Of a stretch of 64,000 bases of DNA, positions 17,539-27,306 are shown one piece after another. Position numbers and translations under genes: made by a program. Position 1 is the first letter of the stretch; each line of letters begins with the position of its first letter. The stretch comes from Candidatus Daviesbacteria bacterium (GTDB lineage Bacteria > Patescibacteriota > Microgenomatia > Daviesbacterales > UBA10151): the NCBI GenBank assembly GCA_030648645.1, contig JAUSHL010000018.1, positions 2,225-66,224 on the forward strand. The letters are read 5' to 3'. The notes under the pieces were generated by a model. That model was not told the DNA's origin. It saw only the letters and a list, made by a program, of their open reading frames with translations, and searched no databases.

Positions 17539-18704
17539 AAGTAGCCTTAGCACACGATTATCTCCGTGAGTACGGTGGTGCGGAACGTGTTCTTGAAACA
17601 ATTCATGAGATGTTTCCTGATGCTCCGGTTTATACTGCCTATTATAACCCTGAAAGCTTAGGGGTAAATGCTAAAAGGTTTGCCAGTTGGAATATCAAAA
17701 CCTCTTGGATGCAAAAAGTTCCTTTTGCCAATAAATTAATTTCCCCCTTTAGAATTTTTGCTCCTTTTATGTTTGAAACATTTGATTTTTCTGAATATGA
17801 TTTAGTCATTTCTTCCTCCTCGGCTGTTTATTTTGCCAAAGCAGTCTTAACAAAACCACATACTTTGCATCTAAGCTATATTCACACTCCTCCCAGATTT
17901 TTATATGGATATACAACTTCCTTTAATTACAAAAAAAATCCAATTACTCATATTTTAGGAGAAATAGTAAATCATATCTTACGAATTTATGATTTTAATG
18001 TTTCCCAAAGGCCGGATATTTTAATGGCCAATTCCAAAAATGTGCAGGCAAGAATCAAAAAATTTTATCGAAGAGATTCAGTAATTATTTATCCACCTGT
18101 CAATCTAAAAGAGTTTGTCATTCCTGCGAAAGCAGGAATCTATGGATCCCTGGTCAAGCCAGGGATGACAAATTCCAGGATGACAGATAAAGAGTATTTT
18201 CTTTCCTTAAATAGATTAGTGAGGGGGAAGGGGACAGAGATTGCTGTGGAAGCCTGTACAAAATTAAATTTGCCATTAAAAGTAGTAGGAATGGGTCCGG
18301 AACTTGTCCCACTTCGTTCTGTTGCACAGAACTACGTGGGATGTAAAAACATAGAATTTTTAGGCAATGTTTCTGATGAGGAAAGGGTAAAGTTATATGC
18401 TGGGGCCAAAGCCTTGATTGTAGCCTCAGAAGATGAGGATTTTGGAATTACTCCGGTGGAGGCACAAGCTGCCGGAACACCAGTAATAGCTTTAAAAGCC
18501 GGTGGATTTTTGGAAACCGTGGTGGCTGGAAAAACTGGAGAATTTTTTTCTGAACCAAATGCAGAGAATTTGATGGAAGTATTAAAAGATTTTGACCCTC
18601 AAAAATATAATCCTGAAGATTGTAGAAAACAGGCAGAAAAATTCTCGGAGGAGAGATTTAAAAAAGAATTGTTAGACTTGATTGAGAAAAATATAAAAAA
18701 ATAG
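17535..18704 (+). CDS. Glycosyltransferase family 4
   Basis: HDYLREYGGAERVL, EDFGITPVEAQAAGTPVI; in-frame repeat at 18117-18184. Confidence 0.92.
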   Translation: MKVALAHDYLREYGGAERVLETIHEMFPDAPVYTAYYNPESLGVNAKRFASWNIKTSWMQKVPFANKLISPFRIFAPFMFETFDFSEYDLVISSSSAVYFAKAVLTKPHTLHLSYIHTPPRFLYGYTTSFNYKKNPITHILGEIVNHILRIYDFNVSQRPDILMANSKNVQARIKKFYRRDSVIIYPPVNLKEFVIPAKAGIYGSLVKPGMTNSRMTDKEYFLSLNRLVRGKGTEIAVEACTKLNLPLKVVGMGPELVPLRSVAQNYVGCKNIEFLGNVSDEERVKLYAGAKALIVASEDEDFGITPVEAQAAGTPVIALKAGGFLETVVAGKTGEFFSEPNAENLMEVLKDFDPQKYNPEDCRKQAEKFSEERFKKELLDLIEKNIKK

Positions 18705-18706
18705 AC

Positions 18707-19672
18707 ATGCCGGAGTTACCTGAAGTAGAAACAATAAGAAGAGGTTTGGAAAAAAAGATTGTTGGATTGACAATTAAAAATCTACAGGTTTTTTATCCCA
18801 AAGGAGTACAATTTAACCCTGAGCTTGTCGAAGGCAAAAAAGTGGTGGGAGTTTGGAGAAGGGCTAAAATGTTGGGAATAGATCTGTCATTGCGAGGAGA
18901 GAAAACGACGAAGCAATCTAACAGTAAAGATCGCCACGCAGAGTCAACACTGAGATTGCTTCGCTCCGCTCGCAATGACACCGAAGTGATCGCGATGACA
19001 TTGTTATTTCATTTAAAAATGACCGGTCAATTAATTTATGTAGCGAGTAACGAGCAACGAGAAGCGAGATTGATTGGGGGGCATCCTACGCCAGACATGC
19101 GTGGAGACTTACCAAATAAAAGTACTGTGGCAGTTTTTGAATTTTCAAATGGATCCAAATTATATTTTAATGATCAACGTCGTTTTGGATGGATACGATT
19201 AAATTCGAAATTCGAAATTCGAAATTCGAAATTATTGCAGAAGTTAGGACCGGAACCATTTGATCCAAAATTTACCTGGGAAATTTTAAAAGTTAATTTA
19301 TTGAAGCATAAATCAATGCCGATTAAGGTTGCTATTATGGATCAGTCAGTGCTTTCCGGAATAGGCAATATTTATGCCTCAGAATCTTTATTTTTAGCTA
19401 AAATTGATCCCAGAAGAAAAGTAAATTCCTTATCTGATACAGAATTTAAAAAATTATATCAGGGAATTGCCGATTCTTTAAAACTTGCAATAGAAAAAGG
19501 TGGTTCAACCAGAGCTAATTTTGTTAATGTTGATGGGGAACGAGGATATTTTTTAGATTATGCTAATGTTTATGGAAAAGAAGGATATCCCTGTACAGGT
19601 TGTAAAGGAAAAGTAGAAAAAATTACTCAGGCAGGAAGAGGAACATATATGTGTCCCACTTGCCAGAAATGA
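18707..19672 (+). CDS. mutM: Formamidopyrimidine-DNA glycosylase
   Basis: MPELPEVET, HLKMTG, GIGNIYASE, C-terminal Zn finger; in-frame repeat at 18886-18999. Confidence 0.97.
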   Translation: MPELPEVETIRRGLEKKIVGLTIKNLQVFYPKGVQFNPELVEGKKVVGVWRRAKMLGIDLSLRGEKTTKQSNSKDRHAESTLRLLRSARNDTEVIAMTLLFHLKMTGQLIYVASNEQREARLIGGHPTPDMRGDLPNKSTVAVFEFSNGSKLYFNDQRRFGWIRLNSKFEIRNSKLLQKLGPEPFDPKFTWEILKVNLLKHKSMPIKVAIMDQSVLSGIGNIYASESLFLAKIDPRRKVNSLSDTEFKKLYQGIADSLKLAIEKGGSTRANFVNVDGERGYFLDYANVYGKEGYPCTGCKGKVEKITQAGRGTYMCPTCQK

Positions 19673-19696
19673 TTATATGATGTATAATAGTGATGT

Positions 19697-19951
19697 ATGC
19701 AAAGAACTCAAATTTATTTACCTGATGATTTAAGAAAAGAGATAGATAAATATCTTGCCTTAAGTGGTGAAAGTTTAGCGCAGTATTTGCGTGAGGCTGC
19801 AGTGGAACGATTAGCAAGAAGAAAAAAACAAAAAGTTGATCTTAAAAAACTTGCAGAAGATTTCACTTCTGGAGTTAGAAAGAGTGGCTGGGAGGATATT
19901 GATGTTATTAAATGGCAAAGAGAAATCCGTAAAGACAGAAAAATAATTTAA
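19697..19951 (+). CDS. RHH/CopG antitoxin
   Basis: MQRTQIYLPDDL...SLAQYLREA. Confidence 0.8.
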   Translation: MQRTQIYLPDDLRKEIDKYLALSGESLAQYLREAAVERLARRKKQKVDLKKLAEDFTSGVRKSGWEDIDVIKWQREIRKDRKII

Positions 19952-19953
19952 AA

Positions 19954-20328
19954 ATGTATTTAATTGATACTAATGTTTTGATTCTTGCCCTTAAAAGTAT
20001 AGAACCGGACAAGAGCTTCTTAAAGAAAATTATTTCTCAAAAAAAGTTAAATTTATCTGTTATTTCAGTAGGAGAATTCTTCTCACAAGCAACACAAGAG
20101 GCAGAAGATAAGCTGAATAGTCTTATTGCCAAATTTCCTGTTTTAGCTGTGGATTTAGAAGTAGCCAAAGTTGCAGCAGAATATAGAAAAAAATTTTTGA
20201 AACAGAAAAGAGGACAGCTTTTAGATTATTTTCTTGCTGCTCAAGCCAAAATACATGGCTTAATTTTAATTACTAATAATAAAACAGATTTTCCTATGAA
20301 GGATATCAAAGTTATTTCCCCAAAATAG
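19954..20328 (+). CDS. PIN-domain (VapC) toxin
   Basis: YLIDTNVLI...DYFLAAQA...LITNNKTDF. Confidence 0.9.
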   Translation: MYLIDTNVLILALKSIEPDKSFLKKIISQKKLNLSVISVGEFFSQATQEAEDKLNSLIAKFPVLAVDLEVAKVAAEYRKKFLKQKRGQLLDYFLAAQAKIHGLILITNNKTDFPMKDIKVISPK

Positions 20329-20366
20329 TCTGCATCATTTCCTAATTTCTGGTAAAATACCTTCTA

Positions 20367-21782
20367 GTGTCCCTCCTTCGCACAAGGCTTCGGAAGGGCA
20401 AGCAAAATTTTATGGCGGAAAAAATTGGATTTTCTTCAGTAATTGCCAGTTCTGGATTTAGATATCTTTGGTTTAACCAAATTTTAGTTCAGTTAGCTTT
20501 AAATGCTCTAAATTTTACCCTGATTATTTGGGTATTCAAATTGATAGATAATAATTTATCAGTTTCGGCTTTAATGTTAGCAATTTATTTGCCGGCAGTA
20601 ATTTTTGGTATTTTTGCCGGAGTATTTGTTGATATTTTTGACAGACGAAAAATTATTTTATTGATTGATTTTTTGATTGCTATATCTTTTATCTTTTTCA
20701 TTTTTATTAAGGGTTCATTTATTTTAGTTTTAGTTTTAACTTTTATTATCAATACTTTAACTCAATTTTTTATGCCTTCAGAATCTTCGGCTATTCCTTT
20801 GCTTGTATCCAAAAAACAATTATTTTTGGCCAATTCTTTATTTTCTTTAACTTTATACGGAACTTTCATGCTTGGATTTACTTTGGCCGGACCAATTTTA
20901 AATCATTTTGGCATTAATACTATGTTTATCTTAGGGTCTTTGTCTTTACTGGTAGCATTTTTTATGGCCAGAAAATTACCTTCCATCAAAGCCACAACCA
21001 ACAGCAAAAAACTGATATCTTTTAAAGTCCTATTGAATCTGACTATCAAAGAAAGTAGAGAAACACTGGAATTTGTCAGGGGAAAATTGGAAGTTTCTTC
21101 GGCTATTTTACTGATGGCAGGTGTTCAGGCATTAATTGGGGCAATGGCGGTGGTGGTACCAGCTTATATGGAAAGAATTTTGTTAATACATGCCACCGAT
21201 TCATCTTACATTGTGGTTTTACCTTTAGGTGTAGGGATGGTGATTGGAGCTTTAGTTTTGGGGAAATGGTTTCATAAATTTTCCAGAAGAGGTGTAGTGG
21301 TTCCGGCAATTGTTGGAGCAGGGACAGTTTTATTACTGTTGGGAGTAATGCCGATTATTGCCCATTTGCTTCAGGCGGCAGATTTGCCTACTTATATAAC
21401 TAAACCCCGTTATTTCTTCAAAGCTCCCTCACTTTCCACGTTGTTTGCCATACTTGCATTTTTAGCAGGGATTTGTGCAGTATCAATCATTGTGCCCTGT
21501 CAAACAGTACTACAGGAACATACTACATTTAAAAATAGAGGCAAAATTTTTTCAGTTTTGGTAGTGGCAATGACAGCCTGTTCGGCCATCACGGCGGTAT
21601 TGGCCGGAGTTTTGTCTGATATTTTTGGAATTTTACCATTACTTATATCTTTGGGAATTTTGGTTATTGGAATAGGATATTTAGTGATGCGTCCACAAAA
21701 CTTTCTTAAAGAACATTGGCTACCATCTTCCATGAAAGAATTTTTAGGGTTAGGACATTGGAATAAGGCGGATGTTTCTTAA
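20367..21782 (+). CDS. MFS transporter (true start may be 20412)
   Basis: About 12 TM helices, AGVFVDIFDRRK motif A. Confidence 0.9.
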   Translation: MSLLRTRLRKGKQNFMAEKIGFSSVIASSGFRYLWFNQILVQLALNALNFTLIIWVFKLIDNNLSVSALMLAIYLPAVIFGIFAGVFVDIFDRRKIILLIDFLIAISFIFFIFIKGSFILVLVLTFIINTLTQFFMPSESSAIPLLVSKKQLFLANSLFSLTLYGTFMLGFTLAGPILNHFGINTMFILGSLSLLVAFFMARKLPSIKATTNSKKLISFKVLLNLTIKESRETLEFVRGKLEVSSAILLMAGVQALIGAMAVVVPAYMERILLIHATDSSYIVVLPLGVGMVIGALVLGKWFHKFSRRGVVVPAIVGAGTVLLLLGVMPIIAHLLQAADLPTYITKPRYFFKAPSLSTLFAILAFLAGICAVSIIVPCQTVLQEHTTFKNRGKIFSVLVVAMTACSAITAVLAGVLSDIFGILPLLISLGILVIGIGYLVMRPQNFLKEHWLPSSMKEFLGLGHWNKADVS

Positions 21783-22935
21783 AAATCTTAAACTCACTAA
21801 TTTCAGGAATTTTTCTAAAGTAGATTTAGATTTTGGTAATGCTACACTTTTAGTGGGGAATAATGCCCAAGGAAAAACTAATCTTTTGGAATCAATTTAT
21901 TTTTTGGCAACCTCCAAATCTCCCAGAGCTGATAAAGATGTTCAATTAATTAAAGATGGGGAGGAATTTGTGAGAGTGGAAGGGGAAGTGGGAAACCAGT
22001 CGTCAGTCCGGCAGTTGCCGGATCGTCAGTCGTCAGAAAGTTCTTCGAATCTGAGATTCTCAGAATCGAATGATCTGATAGCTGAAGACTCTGTACTGAT
22101 GACTTCTCTGGAAATTTTTATGCAAAAAACTGCAGGATCTGAAAGATTGGAAAAAAGAACTAAGGTCAATGGAATTGGTAGAAGATCCACAGATTATATT
22201 GGCAATTTAGTGGTAATTCATTTTTCTCCGGAAGATATTAATTTGGTAACCGGTGCTCCGGCACTACGGCGTTGGCATTTGGATTTAACTTTGGCTCAAA
22301 TTGACAGGGATTATAAAAATGCTTTAAATACTTATCACACTTCTTTAATTTCCAAAAATAAAATCTTGAAAGGAATTAAAGAGGGGGTGGCCCGTGTTGA
22401 CGAGCTGGAGTTCTGGAATGGACAAATGGTTTTCTCCGGTAATTTAATTACCCAAAAAAGACAGGCATTTTTTAGTTTTCTCAATAGTAATGGAAGTGAG
22501 GGAAGCTTAGGAAATTTCCGGTTTATTTATGAGGAAAGTTTAATTTCGGAGAGTAGAATAAGGGAATATTTAGCCAGAGAAATAGCAGCAGGTAATTCTT
22601 TGGTTGGGCCTCACCGGGATGATTTTGTTTTTAAAATAGATAGTAAGGATTTGGAATATTTTGGTTCTCGCGGGGAACAAAGAACTGCAGTATTGGAATT
22701 AAAACTAGCAGAATTGCAGTTTATAAAACAATTTAAAAATGTTTTGCCAATACTACTTTTGGATGATGTTTTTTCAGAACTTGATACTGCCCACAGACAG
22801 CATGTGATTTCTGCAGTAGATGGTCAGCAAACAATAATTTCAGCAGTAGAAAATGAACAAATCCCAGAAAGTTTCCTAAAAAAAGTACAGGTGATTAACG
22901 TAGAAAAAGGAAAGTTAATCTCTGCGTCATCCTGA
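21772..22935 (+). CDS. recF: DNA replication/repair protein RecF
   Basis: NFRNF, GNNAQGKTNLLE, GPHRDD, SRGEQR, LLLDDVFSELD; in-frame repeat at 21997-22104. Confidence 0.96.
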   Translation: MFLKNLKLTNFRNFSKVDLDFGNATLLVGNNAQGKTNLLESIYFLATSKSPRADKDVQLIKDGEEFVRVEGEVGNQSSVRQLPDRQSSESSSNLRFSESNDLIAEDSVLMTSLEIFMQKTAGSERLEKRTKVNGIGRRSTDYIGNLVVIHFSPEDINLVTGAPALRRWHLDLTLAQIDRDYKNALNTYHTSLISKNKILKGIKEGVARVDELEFWNGQMVFSGNLITQKRQAFFSFLNSNGSEGSLGNFRFIYEESLISESRIREYLAREIAAGNSLVGPHRDDFVFKIDSKDLEYFGSRGEQRTAVLELKLAELQFIKQFKNVLPILLLDDVFSELDTAHRQHVISAVDGQQTIISAVENEQIPESFLKKVQVINVEKGKLISASS

Positions 22936-23056
22936 ACTTTTTCTGTCATTGCGAGGAGTCTCCGACGAAGCAATCTAGGTTGGGTAATTATGAATTAGAT
23001 TGCCACAGGTCGAAGTCTCGACCTTCGCAATGACAAAAGAGATGCTCAGAATGACA
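22926..23056. repeat. Nested REP-like palindromes
   Basis: GTCATTGCGAGGAG...GAAGCAATCT and AGATTGCCAC...TCGCAATGAC lying inside GTCATCCTGAAC...CAGAATGAC. Confidence 0.8.
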
Positions 23057-23086
23057 ATTAGGGAAGGGATTTACTTGTAGTGAGCG

Positions 23087-23680
23087 TTAGTTGAACCTAA
23101 AGGTGGAAAGAATTTGATCAATCATTTTTAATTTTGCAGATGAAGTAGCACTAATTTGCAATTTTCCATCATCAAGACCTATCCAATAAGCTGTTTGCGA
23201 TTGGTTTTTGTTATTATTCTGTTGATCGACAAAATTTATTTTGGCTCCCGGTCGCTCACCAATCTTTAAATCTGAAATTTTTTGAATGTAAAGAAATTGG
23301 GATAATTTTTGTTGCGTACCTACCGGTGCCGTCACTTGCATATCTATTTGATTTGCTGGGATATATGAGATATCGATCAGATCATATTGTAAACTTGGTG
23401 AATCCATCCCGTTCTTGATATCTAACTTTTGGTCACTTAAATAGACTTCACTATCTCCAAGTGTCTGAATATACCAATTTGTTGGGTAATCAAATTGGTA
23501 GTTATATTTTTCATTGGTATATGTTTTCCAGTCAGTAGATTCCTCAGCACTAATTGGTGTAGGTTGAACAACTAATTGAGATACAGGTTTGGTTTGTTTT
23601 TGGTATAACAAATACCCACCAACTGCTATCACAGCTACCAAAACAATTACCAATAACGGTGCCAAGCCTTTTTGTTTCAT
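23087..23680 (-). CDS. Exported protein with pilin-like leader (PsbP-like)
   Basis: MKQKGLAPLLVIVLV, WKTYTNEKYNYQFDYP, ends DQILSTFRF. Confidence 0.75.
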   Translation of the reverse strand: MKQKGLAPLLVIVLVAVIAVGGYLLYQKQTKPVSQLVVQPTPISAEESTDWKTYTNEKYNYQFDYPTNWYIQTLGDSEVYLSDQKLDIKNGMDSPSLQYDLIDISYIPANQIDMQVTAPVGTQQKLSQFLYIQKISDLKIGERPGAKINFVDQQNNNKNQSQTAYWIGLDDGKLQISATSSAKLKMIDQILSTFRFN

Positions 23681-23707
23681 TAAAATAATTATCTCACAAA
23701 GAAAATA

Positions 23708-24535
23708 TTATTTCAATTTCTTTATTGATAAATTTCCAATAAGCGATTGCATTTGTGTAATAGCTATCTGGTTTAATTGCACTAAGCGTTCGCTTTGGGA
23801 TATTCCACGGCGGATAAGTTCAGCATTTATCCCTTCTAAATTTGCCAGTACCACCAACTGAGTTACGTCTGCATAGTCGCGGATATTGCCGTCTGAATTA
23901 GGATTTTTATCTCTCCAGTCTTTGGCAGTCTTACCAAACAGAGCCATATTTAAAACATCTGCTTCAGCAGCATATGTCATTTGAGCTAATTTTTGGGAAA
24001 CGATTTTTGGAAGTAAATTTGCTTTAATTGAGTCCGTATGAATGTGGTAGTTAATTCTAGTTAATTGTCGTTTAACATCCCATCCTAGCTCAAGTTTTTT
24101 GTTTTCTTCTTGCTTTAACCTTTGAAATTCTTTAATCAAATAAAGCTTAAATTCCGGAGACAACCATGTTGCAAATTCGAAGGCGATATCCCTGTGGGCG
24201 AAAGTCCCGCCGTATCTGCCAGCAGATGACCGTATACCAATCGCATTTGTTTTTTGGGTCCATTTTGAAGAAGATAGGATAAATCCGTTAGACCCTGCTT
24301 CGTTTCTAATGTTATTGAATTCCATAACATTAAAACTTGTATTATGCACTTGCTCCCAGGCTCCCATGAACTGAATCGTATACTTCGTAGATAACCAATT
24401 CGCAATTACTATGCCAGTCGTTTCACGATCCTTGAATTTCGCCATATCTGTCAAGGAGATAAAATCATCATTCCCTTTATGTAGAATAATACCTATATTG
24501 CTGCCAAGGACAATAATCTTTTTGTTTTTCGCCAT
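23708..24535 (-). CDS. KilA-N domain DNA-binding protein
   Basis: DFISLTDMAK, GRYGGTFAHRDIAFEFATWLSPEFKLYLIKEFQRLK. Confidence 0.9.
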   Translation of the reverse strand: MAKNKKIIVLGSNIGIILHKGNDDFISLTDMAKFKDRETTGIVIANWLSTKYTIQFMGAWEQVHNTSFNVMEFNNIRNEAGSNGFILSSSKWTQKTNAIGIRSSAGRYGGTFAHRDIAFEFATWLSPEFKLYLIKEFQRLKQEENKKLELGWDVKRQLTRINYHIHTDSIKANLLPKIVSQKLAQMTYAAEADVLNMALFGKTAKDWRDKNPNSDGNIRDYADVTQLVVLANLEGINAELIRRGISQSERLVQLNQIAITQMQSLIGNLSIKKLK

Positions 24536-24583
24536 ACATTAAACATATACCCAATAATACCCGAAGTCAATATGTTATTTTTT

Positions 24584-24714
24584 GTCAATGCGAGCGTAGC
24601 AAGAAGTTACCTTAAAAACTATCATGTCATCCTGAGGACTCGCCGCGGCGAGGACGTGAGGATCTTCCGATCTCGAAAGATTGCCACGGTCGCCTAGGCG
24701 ACCTCGCAATGACG
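24584..24714. repeat. REP-like palindrome cluster
   Basis: GTCATCCTGAGGACTCGCC..., AAGATTGCCACGGTCGCCTAGGCGACCTCGCAATGAC (near-identical copy at 25388-25425). Confidence 0.8.
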
Positions 24715-24715
24715 A

Positions 24716-25360
24716 TTAGGGGGTAAATTTAAAGGTGGAAAGAATTTGAATTAGTAAGCCTACGCACCGTCCAGTCCCTTTTGGATCTTCACAAGCTAGA
24801 TGGATAGATTCTTGCGGAGGACTACCAATAAAGATATTTATATCTGCCGAAGATCCAGTTTTATACGAATTAATATTAGAACCTGTAGGGAGTTTGAAGG
24901 AAGAAATATCAAAAGAACTCTCTGAATTTCCCTTCATTTCAGCATCAAGTTCCGTTTGTGACTTTGAAGTAATTACTCCAATTGCTAATCCTATACCTTC
25001 AGTTATTTTTCCATCAGGATCTACTTTAATATCAGGACTGAATAAAGCTAAACTATCTTCGTTATACCTTCTGTATTGATTAACCTGTAACTCATTTACT
25101 ATTTTAAAATCCTGAGGATACTTATAAGAAAAACCGTATTTATTTGAGGTATATGTTTTCCAGTTGGCGGTTTCGGCGGCGGAAGCAGAAGCTATTGGGC
25201 TTATAATTGGAGCAGAAGTGGGTTGAACAATTGGTTGAGAGATAACAACTGGTTTGGGTTGATTCTGATAAATTAAATATCCACCAACTGCCAAAGCTAT
25301 TAGGATAACAATTAAAATTGGAGCAAAACCCGCTTGGCGGACGGGTAAACCTTTTTGCAT
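24716..25360 (-). CDS. Exported protein with pilin-like leader (paralog of 23087-23680)
   Basis: MQKG[LPVRQAG]FAPILIVIL, WKTYTSNKYGFSYKYP, ends QILSTFKF. Confidence 0.75.
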   Translation of the reverse strand: MQKGLPVRQAGFAPILIVILIALAVGGYLIYQNQPKPVVISQPIVQPTSAPIISPIASASAAETANWKTYTSNKYGFSYKYPQDFKIVNELQVNQYRRYNEDSLALFSPDIKVDPDGKITEGIGLAIGVITSKSQTELDAEMKGNSESSFDISSFKLPTGSNINSYKTGSSADINIFIGSPPQESIHLACEDPKGTGRCVGLLIQILSTFKFTP

Positions 25361-25428
25361 AAGTTAATTGTATCATAATTTATCTGGAAGATTGCCACGG
25401 TCGCTTAAGGCGACCTCGCAATGACATT

Positions 25429-25703
25429 TCATTTTTTACCAGTAAAATGGCTGTGGAGTTTGGAAAGTTGATAAGTAATTAAAACTGCAAAAAGGGTAAT
25501 TATTAAAGCATAAATAAATTTGAAATAATTCCGGAGCCGGGGATTCGGGGGACAATAAATTCAGTCACAAAAGCCTGAATTGCCTGATTCCAAGCCAGAG
25601 CTGCTACCAGTCCAAATCCAGCTGTTGATAAAGTCAGAAGCTGGATAATTACTTCTTCGTGAAATTCTCTTGCTTCCTTTGTTTCCTTCTTTTTCTTAGC
25701 CAT
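25429..25703 (-). pseudogene. DUF5654-like two-TM protein with a 1-nt frameshift (or sequence error)
   Basis: TAGFGLVAALAWNQAIQ; second helix FIYALIITLFAVLITYQL is out of frame. Confidence 0.65.
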
Positions 25704-25740
25704 TAAATACATTGTAGAAGTTTATGGTTATGGATTTCAA

Positions 25741-25780
25741 GTAGTGCCGAGATTGTTTGCTATTGCAAGATTTCTCGGCA
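25741..25780. repeat. Palindrome family B, copy 1 (promoter of PaaX-like gene 2)
   Basis: GTAGTGCCGAGATTGTTTGCTATTGCAAGATTTCTCGGCA. Confidence 0.88.
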
Positions 25781-25797
25781 TATTATAAATTTAAATT

Positions 25798-26379
25798 ATG
25801 ATTAGATTTGAGGTAGAGACTGAGACAATTAAAATTAGTCCGCGAGTAAGGGACATTCTTTTAGTTTTGGGAGTGATGGGTTTTGTATCTTTGGCAGTAT
25901 TAATGCCAGGACTTCCCAGAGTTTTAACACCTTTAATGAAAAAACAATACCGCAAATGGGGGCATTTTAATCAGCGAAGATTGAGATCAGAATTAAAAAG
26001 AATGCAGACGGTTGGCTTAGTAAAAGAAATTAAAGAAAATGGAGAAGTTGCATATCGGTTAACTGAAAAAGGCAAAAATAAATCTTTTAAATATAAATTG
26101 GAAGAAATTGATTTAAGTAAAAACAAATGGGATGGGAAGTGGAGGATAGTAGCTTATGATATTCCTAAGGATAAGAAAAATCAGGCAGAAGCTTTTAGGA
26201 ATCTATTAAAAAAGATGAGTTTTTATCAGTTACAAAAAAGTGTTTGGTTGACTCCTTATCAATGTAATAATGAAATTGAGTTTTTAAAAAATCTTTATTC
26301 TTTAACTGATAATGTCACTGTGCTTACAACTCAAGGTTTAGAAAGCGAGCAGGCTTACAGGAATTATTTTGGATTGTAA
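25798..26379 (+). CDS. PaaX-like protein (wHTH + Cas2-like domain), paralog 2
   Basis: YRLTEKG; WDGKWRIVAYDIP...FYQLQKSVWLTPYQC. Confidence 0.85.
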   Translation: MIRFEVETETIKISPRVRDILLVLGVMGFVSLAVLMPGLPRVLTPLMKKQYRKWGHFNQRRLRSELKRMQTVGLVKEIKENGEVAYRLTEKGKNKSFKYKLEEIDLSKNKWDGKWRIVAYDIPKDKKNQAEAFRNLLKKMSFYQLQKSVWLTPYQCNNEIEFLKNLYSLTDNVTVLTTQGLESEQAYRNYFGL

Positions 26380-26470
26380 TAATAGGTTAAGTGAAAGTAG
26401 ATTGTATAAGATTATATTAAGTAGATTATATAATCAGTTACGTAACTAATTACGTAATTGAGAGTAAGCA

Positions 26471-26537
26471 GTAGTGCCGAGATTTTTTGCATTAGACCGA
26501 AGGTCGCAAGCTTTGCTTATTGCAAGAAAACTCGGCG
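26471..26537. repeat. Palindrome family B, copy 2, interrupted by a 27-bp mini-element
   Basis: GTAGTGCCGAGATTTTTTGC[ATTAGACCGAAGGTCGCAAGCTTTGCT]TATTGCAAGAAAACTCGGCG. Confidence 0.85.
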
Positions 26538-26577
26538 GTTGACAATCGAAGAATGCTGATCATAAGATGATGGTACG

Positions 26578-27180
26578 ATGTTAGATCCTGAAGAGATATC
26601 ACAAATAATAGAAGAAGGTAAAGGAAGAGGGGCTACTGGTCTTTTTCTTATAAGCAGAGAAATAGCTAAAAAAACAATTGATCTTGCGCTCTCAGAAATT
26701 TCTCAAAATGCTCGTAAAGTCATATTTGAAACAGAAAAGAGATTGCGAACAGAAAATGCAGAATTGTATAGAATGTTGATGACTATAATGGGAGTATTTC
26801 ATGATATGAATAAGAAGGATTTTATTGAAGGATTTGTTTACACGTATAGAATATTACAAGAACAAGCGCAAATGAGTGGTCAGCAAATGCCGAAAGTATC
26901 GAAAGAATTAGCTTATTCTTATTTAATCAGCCAACAGGAAGCTCTTAATAGTGATGAAGACAAAGCTCCTCAGGGTAGTTTTGAGGAATCATTAAAAGAA
27001 CAATTAAGAACAATTTATTCTCAAGATCGGGAGTTTGAAAGAGGAATATATTTGATTACTAAATATAGATCTAATAGAAAGGATTTTTATCATGGAGTTG
27101 TAAGTATTTATAAGCCAATTAAAAGCGTTATTGATACGGAAAATCTAAGACTAAAATTAAATAATCCTGATTTTAAGTAA
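26578..27180 (+). CDS. Hypothetical helical protein
   Basis: 200-aa ORF, TTGACA promoter at 26539. Confidence 0.7.
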   Translation: MLDPEEISQIIEEGKGRGATGLFLISREIAKKTIDLALSEISQNARKVIFETEKRLRTENAELYRMLMTIMGVFHDMNKKDFIEGFVYTYRILQEQAQMSGQQMPKVSKELAYSYLISQQEALNSDEDKAPQGSFEESLKEQLRTIYSQDREFERGIYLITKYRSNRKDFYHGVVSIYKPIKSVIDTENLRLKLNNPDFK

Positions 27181-27306
27181 CTCCATTTTTAGAACTTTCT
27201 ATTTTGCGGGAAATATGCGACAATAATACGAGTGTAATTTTAAATTTTTAATTTTAAATTTTTAAATTGATTTAAAATTTGGATTTTAAAATTTGAATTT
27301 ATTTCT

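Noticed and set aside
23708-24535. Prophage suggested by the KilA-N gene
   Set aside because: Solitary gene with no structural, integrase or replication genes nearby
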